Origin: a virus
Strand: one strand, 5' to 3'
Length of the DNA stretch: 64,000 nt
Virus record (IMG/VR): IMGVR_UViG_3300037454_000906
Location: 128,001 to 192,000 of that record
The notes under the pieces were generated by a model, which had not been told where the DNA came from, ran no database searches, and saw only the letters and a program-made list of their open reading frames with translations. The position numbers were made by a program, and so were the translations under genes. Shown here piece by piece: positions 18,708 to 27,726 of the stretch. Position 1 is the first letter of the stretch. Every line of letters begins with the position of its first letter.

Positions 18708-20780
18708 TTATGCTGCATCAGCGTAAGCCCACTTATAACCACCGGCAGTTTTATTACGCCCAGTTAATACTTCATGTATAGAAGATGTATGGATACCTAC
18801 GGCATCCGCAGCGGCTTTAATAGAATCGTAAATTTGGACGACATGATTATTTTTAGATATCTGTTTAATAGCGCGTTTTGTATTTTTGGGCTTATAATTC
18901 ATACCAGGAAATACAATATCGCTTATCGGGGTTGTGCTGTATGCCCATACATATCCGCCCGCCATGTGGTGTTCGCCCATCAAAACTTTTCGAATTGATG
19001 TTACTGATACTTTGCATTCACGCGAGGCTTCATTAACTGACCCAAATTGGTTAATACGGTCACCATCTAAGTTGTATTGAATCACAGGCCGTTTAGAAGA
19101 TGGTGGGATATATTGGCTCCCTGGAAATTTAATATCAGATATATCGGTCGTACTATATGCCCAGACATAACCACCTGCCGTCATTGCATCCCCTCTAAGA
19201 ACTGAACCAATGTTAGATTGTGCTATTCCAACCGCCTTGGCGGCATCCTTTATTGAATTATATTGGCGAATAAGTGTTCCATCATAATTATACTGGGAAA
19301 CTGGTTTTCTCGGTCGAGATTTCGAACGATAATCATAACCAGGAAATACGATGGTTGCTTTAGGAACCGATTCATATACCCACACATAGTTTTTTAATGT
19401 TCTCTGACGGCCAGATAAGCATTCGCAAATGGCACTTGTTTGTACATCGACTGCCCTAGCAGCCGCTGCAATAGAGACATGAGTCGCAACAAATTTACCA
19501 TCCAAAGTATATTGGCATACTCGCTTGGGTGCCGATAAGTTGTCAGAAAACCATTCATCAATCCAGCCTCGCTTACTACAATGGTCTGCCAGTGTTTTAT
19601 AGGCATCCCTAAATTCGCGTCGTGTATTGAATTGCATTGCATAATGGTAAGCATCGTCCTTAGACATATTAGACCACATACCATTGTTCGATTTCTTTAA
19701 TTTCAACCAAGGAAACTTTCCGCGAAGATGCTTATGACAAATAGAGCTATATAATCCTGGATACGCTTTTGCAAAGTCGTTCCAATACTTGAACGGCTTA
19801 GCCACTTTCAGTAATTTTGGCATTGTCCATTTACCAAAGCCAATGCTACCCATACTTCCGCCTCTTGCCTTATTTAGCAGAGTCCACCCTAAACTTCGAT
19901 ATAAAGCAATCATCTTGCATTCCATTTCCCCATGCTTATCGCCCTTTGTCTTTATTGCAAATGTGGCAAGAATGCGAGGCTCCGGTATCGAGACGCCAAT
20001 AGATTTAGCATATTGAACAATAGAATCGTTATCGTTATGACAATGGTCGTAATGGCGGCGTTTTAGGTCGATAGTTCTACCAATGTATGCTACATTCGTC
20101 ATCGGAAATTCATATACATATACGGTATCATATAGTAAACCATTCTTATAGCCATTAGATTGTTCCAAGAATGCTATTTTTTCGTGCCAATGATTTTTAG
20201 ATACAACAGAATACATACCCGGATATTTTTCGCGGAAATACTTGAGGGTAGGGCATTGCTTCGCCGTATTAACTATCACTTCTTCCGTATATATCCGTCT
20301 GCGTTCGATTTCTTGCCGACGAGTTGTGAGTGCATCTTGTAGTCCAAGTTTGTCTAGCCATTTTTCTCTAACAGCAATTCTATACATCTGGGGTTCAGCT
20401 TGCTTAAAATCTATTCGTTTACAGCAGCCAGCTGCTAATAATTTATCCACAACAGCTTTACATTTTTCAAAAGTAATTGCAGTTTTTCTCCAATGATATT
20501 CAGGTATCCATTTATCAAGCCATCCAGACCGCATAGCTTTATAATATGCAGCATGGTCCATTTTGAAGAACTCGGTTCTAGTTTTGCATTGTTTGGCAAT
20601 GTTATGACAGGTGTCATAATCCAAGGTTTTGAATACAGTATGGGGTATGAGAGTTTCAATCCATCCCATTTTGCATGCCTTGCGATATGCTTGCCTATCC
20701 AATCGCTTAAACTCATAGCGAGTGTTACACTTGCTTGCCGATGCAAGACAGGTTTCATAATCTAACTTTCTATTAGTCAT
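18708..20780 (-). CDS. GIY-YIG homing-endonuclease-like protein with six ~40-aa helical repeats and four NUMOD1 domains
   Basis: VYVYEF...AYIGRT..LKRRH..H...EME...LLN (GIY-YIG); four repeats K/RxVxQYxxDG...SIxxAA.......I...L.G...TAGGYxWxY; visibly AT-rich versus flanking tnpA/tnpB. Confidence 0.8.
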   Translation of the reverse strand: MTNRKLDYETCLASASKCNTRYEFKRLDRQAYRKACKMGWIETLIPHTVFKTLDYDTCHNIAKQCKTRTEFFKMDHAAYYKAMRSGWLDKWIPEYHWRKTAITFEKCKAVVDKLLAAGCCKRIDFKQAEPQMYRIAVREKWLDKLGLQDALTTRRQEIERRRIYTEEVIVNTAKQCPTLKYFREKYPGMYSVVSKNHWHEKIAFLEQSNGYKNGLLYDTVYVYEFPMTNVAYIGRTIDLKRRHYDHCHNDNDSIVQYAKSIGVSIPEPRILATFAIKTKGDKHGEMECKMIALYRSLGWTLLNKARGGSMGSIGFGKWTMPKLLKVAKPFKYWNDFAKAYPGLYSSICHKHLRGKFPWLKLKKSNNGMWSNMSKDDAYHYAMQFNTRREFRDAYKTLADHCSKRGWIDEWFSDNLSAPKRVCQYTLDGKFVATHVSIAAAARAVDVQTSAICECLSGRQRTLKNYVWVYESVPKATIVFPGYDYRSKSRPRKPVSQYNYDGTLIRQYNSIKDAAKAVGIAQSNIGSVLRGDAMTAGGYVWAYSTTDISDIKFPGSQYIPPSSKRPVIQYNLDGDRINQFGSVNEASRECKVSVTSIRKVLMGEHHMAGGYVWAYSTTPISDIVFPGMNYKPKNTKRAIKQISKNNHVVQIYDSIKAAADAVGIHTSSIHEVLTGRNKTAGGYKWAYADAA

Positions 20781-21429
20781 TAGTAACCTCGCTTATTGTT
20801 TTAGCTTCTTTTCGTTTCTTGCGGTTCTCCTTACCGCGTCTGCTGTATAGTTTCGCCGAGAAGACGGCAAGGAGTGACAGCATGTCCTTCACCAGGTCTG
20901 CCTCGAACGACTCGCTCAAGACGGACTCGGTATATTCCACATCGACCCCGTGGGAGCGGAAGTATTCGACCAATAGATTGTAGTTGAACCTGGTCAGTCG
21001 GTCGTAGTGCTCGATAACCACCTTGTCGAACTTGTGCTCGGCAGCGAGACGCATCATTCGGAGCAGCTTCTTGCGGTTGTCGTTCAGACCCGAACCCACT
21101 TCCTCGAAGATTTCCACCACCGAATACTTCTTGCTGACGCAGTATTCCATCAGGCGGAGCTTCTGACGGTCAAGGTCTCCGTGGGACTTTTGGTCGGAGG
21201 TCGATACTCGGCAGTAGATGACCACACGGGTTCCGGCCTTGTTTTCAACCTCCGGTTCATCCACCTTCTCGCCCAGGTAGCGGCGAAGGTCGTCCTCGTC
21301 CCAGCGTCTATTCCCGCTCTTGCCGGAGCGGTAGACCTTGAACTTGCCTTCTTCCGTCCATCTGCGAAGAGTGTTCGGGCAGCAGCCGAGAATATCGCAG
21401 GCAGCCTTAGTTCTTACTTTCTTCCCCAT
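20773..21429 (-). CDS. tnpA: IS607 serine recombinase/transposase TnpA
   Basis: MerR-like HTH (AACDILGCCPNTLRRW), YCRVST catalytic Ser, EVGSGLNDNRKKL, EHYDRLTRF, DLVKDMLSLL.VFSAKLYSRR; start reassigned to MGKKVR. Confidence 0.92.
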   Translation of the reverse strand: MGKKVRTKAACDILGCCPNTLRRWTEEGKFKVYRSGKSGNRRWDEDDLRRYLGEKVDEPEVENKAGTRVVIYCRVSTSDQKSHGDLDRQKLRLMEYCVSKKYSVVEIFEEVGSGLNDNRKKLLRMMRLAAEHKFDKVVIEHYDRLTRFNYNLLVEYFRSHGVDVEYTESVLSESFEADLVKDMLSLLAVFSAKLYSRRGKENRKKRKEAKTISEVTND

Positions 21430-21589
21430 CTTCCACCTCGATACCCATATATTCGGCTGCGTTGTCGAGATACTTCTGGAACTCTTCCAAGGTCGGAAGA
21501 GGGTCAATGTCCAGCATCATCGGCTGGATGGTGCCGTCTTCCAGCTCAAACTCGTCTTTAGTCAGTCGCACTACTTTCATACGCTTCAT
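21407..21589 (-). CDS. small acidic ORF at IS607 left end, overlapping tnpA start
   Basis: 60 aa, AAGGA RBS, inside element bounds. Confidence 0.55.
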   Translation of the reverse strand: MKRMKVVRLTKDEFELEDGTIQPMMLDIDPLPTLEEFQKYLDNAAEYMGIEVEDGEESKN

Positions 21590-21655
21590 TGTGGTTGTCC
21601 TTGATAAAGTTTATAGCGTGATGACTAAAATATAGTTAATTTTTGGTAGAAAAGG

Positions 21656-21808
21656 TTAGAAATTATGAAAAAATTTGTTTACAGTTGACTTCCCAGTCCG
21701 AGTGTCGCGGATGACGTTGCACCACGACTCCGTCGACTTGTCGAGCGCGATTTCGAGAATACCTTCCCACTTGTCGATAAGCGGTTTGAGCATTTCGGGT
21801 GTAATCAT
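21656..21808 (-). pseudogene. 5' portion of IS607-interrupted gene (37 native codons, then reads into the IS end)
   Basis: GGAGG RBS, MITPEML...DTR then junction CGG at 21700-21698. Confidence 0.6.
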
Positions 21809-21988
21809 ATATACCTCCAATTTCATTATACGCAGTCCCAGAGATACTCTTCGATAATCCCTGCGGCATCCTACTAAATTACACGTTAATTTTAAAACAA
21901 TCGAGCGTGGTTGGATTTTAACCAACATCTGAGTCCAATAAGGACATTCCGCACTCTCCTACAGCATTTAACTGCATTAACACTTGTG

Positions 21989-22252
21989 CTACACGCCCAA
22001 TAGCTTCACCAAAACAATTAACCCAACAAATGCCGCAAATCCAATAGGTGTATATATTATCCCTACATGGCCCTGGCTATCGTAATCGGCTTTGGCATCG
22101 TCCATGGTATCAAAGGATTTGCCTTTACCGCAAGCATGATGCCATTTACCCTTACCGTCTTGCCAATACATCTCACGTGGACCTTCTCCTATATCGGGGC
22201 ATTCATTATTCTCCTTATACAGGTGATAATCTAGTAAATCAACCGTTTCCAT
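21989..22252 (-). CDS. hypothetical protein, C-terminal TM
   Basis: 87 aa; hydrophobic tail. Confidence 0.5.
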   Translation of the reverse strand: METVDLLDYHLYKENNECPDIGEGPREMYWQDGKGKWHHACGKGKSFDTMDDAKADYDSQGHVGIIYTPIGFAAFVGLIVLVKLLGV

Positions 22253-22255
22253 ATC

Positions 22256-22759
22256 CTACAGTACCATGGATTCCGCTTCTTGAATCTTTACCGGATCGGC
22301 GTCACCGGCCTCTTTCATGCGATCCGCAATAAATTTCTGCATCCCTTCACGTGTTAGCCCCGTCAGGTGTTCCTCGTTGACCCAGCCGCACCACAGCTCA
22401 ACGTGCCTGTCGTGGTTTTCGTGAATGGTGACGTACGTGGTCGGCGGAAAATCGTGGTATGTGAACACTTCCATCGCCAGGCCGCGAATTTCTATGTCGG
22501 ATGAATCAGTGGGCGGGTTGCATGCAACATATTCGCTCTTCAGTACATACTGTTCTGTACGGGAGCCCACCTCGAGCATGTTCCGTATGCATATGACGAC
22601 ATATGGAAACTTTTCCGCGACGTGCTTGACCAAATTATACGCCTCGGCCTTGCTATCCTCAAGCGCTATATTTTTCCTGACCGAGGCCAGCCGTTTGGCC
22701 AGTTCCGCTTCCTCGGATACCAACAAATCTCGTCTCGACCTATCGTACTCTTGGACCAT
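22256..22759 (-). CDS. hypothetical protein
   Basis: 167 aa; GGAG RBS. Confidence 0.6.
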   Translation of the reverse strand: MVQEYDRSRRDLLVSEEAELAKRLASVRKNIALEDSKAEAYNLVKHVAEKFPYVVICIRNMLEVGSRTEQYVLKSEYVACNPPTDSSDIEIRGLAMEVFTYHDFPPTTYVTIHENHDRHVELWCGWVNEEHLTGLTREGMQKFIADRMKEAGDADPVKIQEAESMVL

Positions 22760-22813
22760 GATCCCGCTCCACTCGTTTCAACATGTATAGCCGGCATTTC
22801 GCGGCTTTGGCAT

Positions 22814-23512
22814 CTAATCAACTTTTTCGAATAATTCCCTGGCGCTGACACCCGGCCAGAACTCCCTGACTTCGGCACGTTCGTTATCACGCAGGTTTTC
22901 GAAGTGCTTGTCGATTTCTGCCAGCATGAGCTCGTACAAGTCCGGTCGCTTGCATTTAAGGCCGTTCATAACACCCAAAACGTCGTAGAAGGACGCCTTA
23001 TCCCCGTCATCATACTTTACGTAGAATACGGAATCCTTGAACAGGTGGTTGTTGTCCTTCACCCATTTGTATTCAATGCTCTTTATGCTCGTCACGTCCA
23101 CCCAGCTATTCCAGTTCGGGTTCCGCAACATGACAAAATCATGCGGCGGGCTGGACTGGGTATACTCGTCGGATACCTGGTAGGTATCGGTCCCCCAGTC
23201 ATAGTAGTACAGGTGCTGCTCGTAATCGGGATCATCGGAAACCATGTGGCAACCCTTTTCGCCCTTCCAGGTAATGCCGAAAATGTCGGTGAAGGTACAC
23301 GAGCGCATTCCAAACTGGTTCGCGTCCTTCTCGATGGAATCGAAGAACGGGACCTTGTCCATGTTGCGGCAATTCTTGTCCTTCCGGGCACGATAGCGGA
23401 TGTACAGGTCATTGTCCTTATTAGGATTCTCGATGGACCAGCGCCACTTGCTATCGTCATAGTAGGGGTAGGCGCTCATATACTCGTGGATTGTGTTCAT
23501 AGTGTCATCCAT
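22814..23512 (-). CDS. hypothetical protein
   Basis: 232-aa ORF. Confidence 0.6.
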   Translation of the reverse strand: MDDTMNTIHEYMSAYPYYDDSKWRWSIENPNKDNDLYIRYRARKDKNCRNMDKVPFFDSIEKDANQFGMRSCTFTDIFGITWKGEKGCHMVSDDPDYEQHLYYYDWGTDTYQVSDEYTQSSPPHDFVMLRNPNWNSWVDVTSIKSIEYKWVKDNNHLFKDSVFYVKYDDGDKASFYDVLGVMNGLKCKRPDLYELMLAEIDKHFENLRDNERAEVREFWPGVSARELFEKVD

Positions 23513-23615
23513 GTGGTTTAACCGTTATCCGTTTTGGATGCGGTGCGGAAATTCGCATTTATATGCCAAATATAGTATTTTTGGAGCGCAAGCGTCATGA
23601 GAAAAATACAATTTT

Positions 23616-24074
23616 TTACTTAAAGAGTTCCGGGTGCTTCCGGTATTCGGCGCTGTACTTATTGTTGAGCATGATGAACTCGTCGTATTCTTTCTCCGTC
23701 AGCTTCTCTTTTTCGGCCCGCATCTTTTTATCTTCTTTCGCCCGACGTTTTTCTTCTTGCTTGGCGCGAATCGCCTCCCACCTTTTCAGCGCATCCTTGT
23801 GGGTATCCGGGTTTGCGATGAGCTTGAGCCACTTCTTGGGTAGAGCCATCCATTCATCAGTGGTCATGCACCAGCTCAGGATGCCCTGCATCTCTGTCAA
23901 GAGATATACCAGGTTTCCCGTCTCGGGAATTGCCACCATTCGCACCGTCTGGTAAATCGGGTCTTTACGCGAGCGGCGCGCAACCATGTCCTGACAAGCA
24001 TGAATGACTTTATTAAGTGCCTCGTTGCGATTATTGGCCAGTTCTATGAGTTCGGCAATTTTCCCCATGATCAT
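23616..24074 (-). CDS. hypothetical protein
   Basis: Start via ATGA overlap; charged helical C-terminus. Confidence 0.55.
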   Translation of the reverse strand: MIMGKIAELIELANNRNEALNKVIHACQDMVARRSRKDPIYQTVRMVAIPETGNLVYLLTEMQGILSWCMTTDEWMALPKKWLKLIANPDTHKDALKRWEAIRAKQEEKRRAKEDKKMRAEKEKLTEKEYDEFIMLNNKYSAEYRKHPELFK

Positions 24075-24598
24075 CCCCCGACAAACTTCTTCCGCAGTTC
24101 TATGAACCGCTTGCGTTCCCGGCACTTTTCTTCTTCCGCGGCACAACGGCGCGATTCGTCTATCTCCGCCTTCTTTTTCCTGAAAAGCTCGATGATCAAG
24201 GCGTCCTGTTCAGCCTTCTTACTGACACTAAGCCACTTTTCCAGGAAATCAGTCTGGACCCGATATGCCCGGCGGCCATTGATACTGACGGTGACATAGA
24301 AACCGTCGTTGGATATGGACACGCTACTCAGGGCGCCGAGACGCTTGCTGCCATTCATCACGTTATTGGATTTGCCATCAACGACATATTTGAAGTGAGC
24401 GCTGACTTCGCCGAGATTCTTCCTGACGCTCTTCCGTACGGAGGATACCGCCTTCGGTATGTCAGACATCTCCACGGTATCAAACCAGTCATATGCATAT
24501 TGGTATACCAGTTCGGCATATCCAATCTTTTCAATGCTCTCCTTCACCTTCTTGTCGAGTTGGAAGAATTCGTCCACTACGTCTTCTTTCGGTTGCAA
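24071..24598 (-). CDS. hypothetical protein
   Basis: 175 aa; AGGAG RBS, TTG start. Confidence 0.55.
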   Translation of the reverse strand: MQPKEDVVDEFFQLDKKVKESIEKIGYAELVYQYAYDWFDTVEMSDIPKAVSSVRKSVRKNLGEVSAHFKYVVDGKSNNVMNGSKRLGALSSVSISNDGFYVTVSINGRRAYRVQTDFLEKWLSVSKKAEQDALIIELFRKKKAEIDESRRCAAEEEKCRERKRFIELRKKFVGG

Positions 24599-24641
24599 TG
24601 TCTTTACTCCTATAATTTACCGGGATTCAGTGCCCGCGCCA

Positions 24642-24953
24642 TTAGAACCATCCCGACGCCGCGCTTATTGGTAGGCGAATACGTGCATTGTATGACATGC
24701 ACGACCGTTGCATGGATTCAATGGCCGCCTTGACCTTCTCCTTCTCGCCCCGGAACCTGATGTTGTATTCGGTGCGGTAGTCCTTGAATATCAGCCCACC
24801 CGCGCAATAGGTATCGGCGTCGACGCTCACGGAAAGGCCGTACTCGTCGGCAAGTTCGTTTGCAACCCGTCTAATGCCCCGTGTCCTGCTGCCCGCGCGG
24901 ATGCAACAGCTCTCGCTATACTGTTCCGGCATCGCTCCCCTCCTCGGTGTCAT
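24642..24953 (-). CDS. hypothetical protein
   Basis: 103 aa, overlaps upstream ORF end. Confidence 0.45.
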   Translation of the reverse strand: MTPRRGAMPEQYSESCCIRAGSRTRGIRRVANELADEYGLSVSVDADTYCAGGLIFKDYRTEYNIRFRGEKEKVKAAIESMQRSCMSYNARIRLPISAASGWF

Positions 24954-25113
24954 GGATGCACTTCTGCTCAGATGAACACTTGCACATGAACACCTTGACC
25001 AGTTCCAGAATGAAGTTGAATGTACCCGACAGGCCGACCAACATCACTATGGCTACGAAGATGCTGGTCCACGGATGGCATGATATAAAAGTCAGTAATG
25101 TTATTGCGTTCAT
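24916..25113 (-). CDS. small membrane protein (probably leaderless)
   Basis: TM helix; TGC-TAGTTT 6 nt before ATG. Confidence 0.55.
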   Translation of the reverse strand: MNAITLLTFISCHPWTSIFVAIVMLVGLSGTFNFILELVKVFMCKCSSEQKCIHDTEEGSDAGTV

Positions 25114-25133
25114 GGTGAAAAACTAGCATAAAG

Positions 25134-25162
25134 TTGCCATACGGTGCTCCCTTTGCTACATT
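25134..25162 (+). promoter_or_regulatory. promoter TTGCCA-N17-TACATT
   Basis: Exact consensus; upstream of small ORF 25209-25343. Confidence 0.65.
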
Positions 25163-25208
25163 TCGCGCATAAGAATATTCATTTACCGACCGGTTCAGGA
25201 TACATCAC

Positions 25209-25343
25209 ATGAGCATTTTGGACGATTTCAAATCCATAGAGGAACGCCACAAGACCGATATTGAAAAATGTGAGCGCACTCTGCAGCTGGCAAGAGAAGC
25301 CATCATGGAATACGACAGCATCATGGAACAGGAGCAAAAATAG
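25209..25343 (+). CDS. small helical protein (44 aa, not in ORF track)
   Basis: MSILDDFKSIEERHKTDIEKCERTLQLAREAIMEYDSIMEQEQK*; downstream of a consensus promoter. Confidence 0.5.
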   Translation: MSILDDFKSIEERHKTDIEKCERTLQLAREAIMEYDSIMEQEQK

Positions 25344-25344
25344 A

Positions 25345-25992
25345 CTACCGGATCATCTTCCAGTTGGAAAAGAACATCTTCCTGCCGGTGTATTCGAGCC
25401 ATGCTCCGAACAGGAACTCGGTGAAGTAACCGCATGCCCTGTCGGGGATCACCCGCCCGTGCCGGCTCTCGCAATCCATGAACGACAAGACCGCAGGGAA
25501 GATATATGAACAGTACGCATCAACGAGGTTCTTGCGGGCAATGAACATGTTGCCGAGACAGTGATAGTCGCCATCCAGGTGGTCGATGCATTTCCGGTAG
25601 AACCTGTCGCCGCAGGTCGCGTGTATCCATGCGAGGAACTTGATCATGTCCAGGTATTTACCGTTGCGTATCAGCCATGTCTTCGGGGGCCTCGCTCGAG
25701 AGTAGTTCGCCCTGGGCACGATTATGTCGTAGTCGGTCAGTATGGAGTGAATGTCCCCTTTCGACAACAGACTGCCGTCCGGGTCGGCGAAGTGCCTCCG
25801 GTAATGCTCCAGGCCGAGGATGTCCTCCGGTTCATTTTTCCACATGTAATATAGGCCAGTCATCTCACACAGCCACCGGTTGAGTTGGTCGATGTTGTCC
25901 CCGGGGTGTGGGGAATCGATGAGGAATTTCTTCCGGATCCCGTCTAGCTGAAAAAACCGATTCCTTGAACTGCCGACTACATAAATCTTCAT
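25345..25992 (-). CDS. DUF4422 (WciB-like) glycosyltransferase, candidate galactofuranosyltransferase
   Basis: GDNID.LN..LCEMTGLYYMWKN...ILGLEHYRRHF...GNMFIARK...YCSYIFP...RACGYFTEFLF; start reassigned to MKIYVVG. Confidence 0.8.
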   Translation of the reverse strand: MKIYVVGSSRNRFFQLDGIRKKFLIDSPHPGDNIDQLNRWLCEMTGLYYMWKNEPEDILGLEHYRRHFADPDGSLLSKGDIHSILTDYDIIVPRANYSRARPPKTWLIRNGKYLDMIKFLAWIHATCGDRFYRKCIDHLDGDYHCLGNMFIARKNLVDAYCSYIFPAVLSFMDCESRHGRVIPDRACGYFTEFLFGAWLEYTGRKMFFSNWKMIR

Positions 25993-26085
25993 GTTACCGC
26001 CGCGATTACCTGTCGTTTCGAGTTTATACGCGATTGCCCGGTGCATCCTGTTGCCACCCGTCCCGCATTTTGCTACATATCCACC

Positions 26086-26541
26086 ATGAAAACTACTATC
26101 GTATTGTCCTCCGACGTTCCAAACGAGAAACCCCGCGTCCTGCGTATCGCGGTCGAAGTTGTGTCCCCGGACGGGAAACCACCTTGCCCGGGCAAGCCCG
26201 ACGCAAGCATAACATGTGTCGCCGTGAACTGCTCGTCGGAGGAACGGACCGTCGTTTACGGCCACGTCGAGTATAATGGCGACCCGTTCTCCGGTACATA
26301 CGTGAAGTGCGAATCTGAGACAGATGTCATAGCCAAGGCGCTCGGGTACATTGATGCCACCAAGTGCAACTGGATCCACGCGGACACCACCGACCTGAAA
26401 TACTTGTATGCCAGGGCCGCCAAGCTCCGGGTACGGTCATGTTTCCCGTACATCGAGAAACTGTTCCGTCAGTATGACCGGTATCCGTCAACGCGGACGA
26501 GGGCCGTCGGCCAGATGGATGGCGTCTCATTGAACCGATAG
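26086..26541 (+). CDS. degenerate family-B DNA polymerase 3'-5' exonuclease-like domain (probably leaderless)
   Basis: PRVLRIAVEV..PDGKPP.P.KPD.SI...CESETDVI...DLKYLYARA resembles PolB Exo I/II with DxE changed to AxE; TTGCCA-N17-TACATA-N6-ATG. Confidence 0.55.
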   Translation: MKTTIVLSSDVPNEKPRVLRIAVEVVSPDGKPPCPGKPDASITCVAVNCSSEERTVVYGHVEYNGDPFSGTYVKCESETDVIAKALGYIDATKCNWIHADTTDLKYLYARAAKLRVRSCFPYIEKLFRQYDRYPSTRTRAVGQMDGVSLNR

Positions 26542-26547
26542 TCGAGC

Positions 26548-26883
26548 ATGATGTCCAATATGGAGAAACTGAAATACTGCATCTACGGCCTCATCACGGG
26601 CGTGATGGTAAACCGGCTAGTCAGACGGGTTCTGTCGCTGCATGTCACCGATCCGTTCGACCGTTTCATCGAATACAACAACCTAGTATACGAAAGTCCA
26701 AGCGGGGATGCCGGTGACATCGACCCCTGCCGGAGATTGTACAACATGCCGGCTCATAGGGAGACGACCGTGCGGGTCATGCTGAGACACGGATACCTTT
26801 ACATGAAAGGACCCGGAGGGAAACCGACTACACGTCTCGCGGAGTCCGATTTCCACAACGGCAGTGTAAAAATTGTCAACTGA
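26548..26883 (+). CDS. hypothetical protein
   Basis: 111 aa following the previous gene. Confidence 0.5.
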   Translation: MMSNMEKLKYCIYGLITGVMVNRLVRRVLSLHVTDPFDRFIEYNNLVYESPSGDAGDIDPCRRLYNMPAHRETTVRVMLRHGYLYMKGPGGKPTTRLAESDFHNGSVKIVN

Positions 26884-26920
26884 CCGCCTCGACGGCACCA
26901 AAAATTGCTATATTAATGCC

Positions 26921-27103
26921 ATGGAACCAACTGAACAGACCAGGAAGGAACAACGGGCGGCCATGAAGCGCCTGCGCGATGCACTTGTGGAGATGAACGT
27001 ACTCAGCATGCTTCAGCGCTTCAGTGTACCCGAAGAACTCATCACCAAGCTGGAATCGGTCGAGCGGGAATGCCGCGCGGCCATAGCCGGCCATGTAAAA
27101 TAA
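26921..27103 (+). CDS. small hypothetical protein (probably leaderless)
   Basis: TGC-TATATT(26909-14)-N6-ATG. Confidence 0.55.
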   Translation: MEPTEQTRKEQRAAMKRLRDALVEMNVLSMLQRFSVPEELITKLESVERECRAAIAGHVK

Positions 27104-27123
27104 CCTTTACACAAGGAGACATC

Positions 27124-27726
27124 ATGGACAAGAACGACATCGAAATCCTAGCAGTAATCGACATGCAGCCAGACTTTATCGACGGGGTGCTCCCCAACCT
27201 GGCTGCCCAGAAGATCATCCCCGCGATAATCCGCGAAATCAACGCTTGGGACGGCGCCATCATCGCCACCAGGGACACCCACCTCGTGGAAGACTACAAG
27301 AACTCCATCGAGGGCCAGAGGCTCCCGATCCATTGCATCAAGGGCACCGAGGGCTGGGAGGTCCAGAAGGACATCAAGGCTGCCCTGGACAAGAAGGGCG
27401 CCACCTACGTGGACAAGCACAACTTCGGCTTCATCAACTGGCCGAAGGTCCTCTTCAATATCGACTCCACGGACCAAGATGCCGTTGCCGCGCTCACCGC
27501 CGGCAAGAAGATCCGCATCAGGATCGTCGGCACCTGCACCGACATTTGCAACATGGCCTTCCTCGTTATCTGCCGAACGTGGTTCCCGAACGCCATCATC
27601 GAACTGGTGGCTGATGCCAGTGCCGCATCCGGCCTCACCGAGGAGGACGTGGCGAAGAACCAGGAAGCCGCGCTCCGCATCGCCAGAAGCATGCTCTGCG
27701 ACGTAGTGCAATCCGTGGCCGCCTAG
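27124..27726 (+). CDS. pncA: nicotinamidase / isochorismatase-family cysteine hydrolase
   Basis: VIDMQPDF, TRDTH, PIHCIKGTEGW, DK.NFG, GTCTDIC; catalytic D-K-C and metal ligands present; AAGGAG RBS. Confidence 0.85.
   Translation: MDKNDIEILAVIDMQPDFIDGVLPNLAAQKIIPAIIREINAWDGAIIATRDTHLVEDYKNSIEGQRLPIHCIKGTEGWEVQKDIKAALDKKGATYVDKHNFGFINWPKVLFNIDSTDQDAVAALTAGKKIRIRIVGTCTDICNMAFLVICRTWFPNAIIELVADASAASGLTEEDVAKNQEAALRIARSMLCDVVQSVAA

Larger units (their letters stand above)
17295..21700 (-). mobile_element. IS607-family element with a passenger nuclease gene (small ORF-tnpA-GIY-YIG/NUMOD1-tnpB)
   Basis: Serine-recombinase tnpA plus tnpB; CGGAC at both junctions (17290-94, 21696-700), consistent with GG-core insertion; subterminal imperfect inverted repeats 17302-17320 and 21645-21663 (16/19). 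Confidence 0.8.

Noticed and set aside
17295-21700. IStron (group I intron plus IS607)
   Set aside because: Only about 110 nt lie between the left junction and the first ORF, too short for a group I core, and no P/Q/R/S-like elements were recognised.
25993-26379. N-terminal extension of the 344-aa DUF4422 ORF
   Set aside because: Overlaps the divergent promoter and the plus-strand gene at 26086; domain similarity begins at MKIYVVG (25992).
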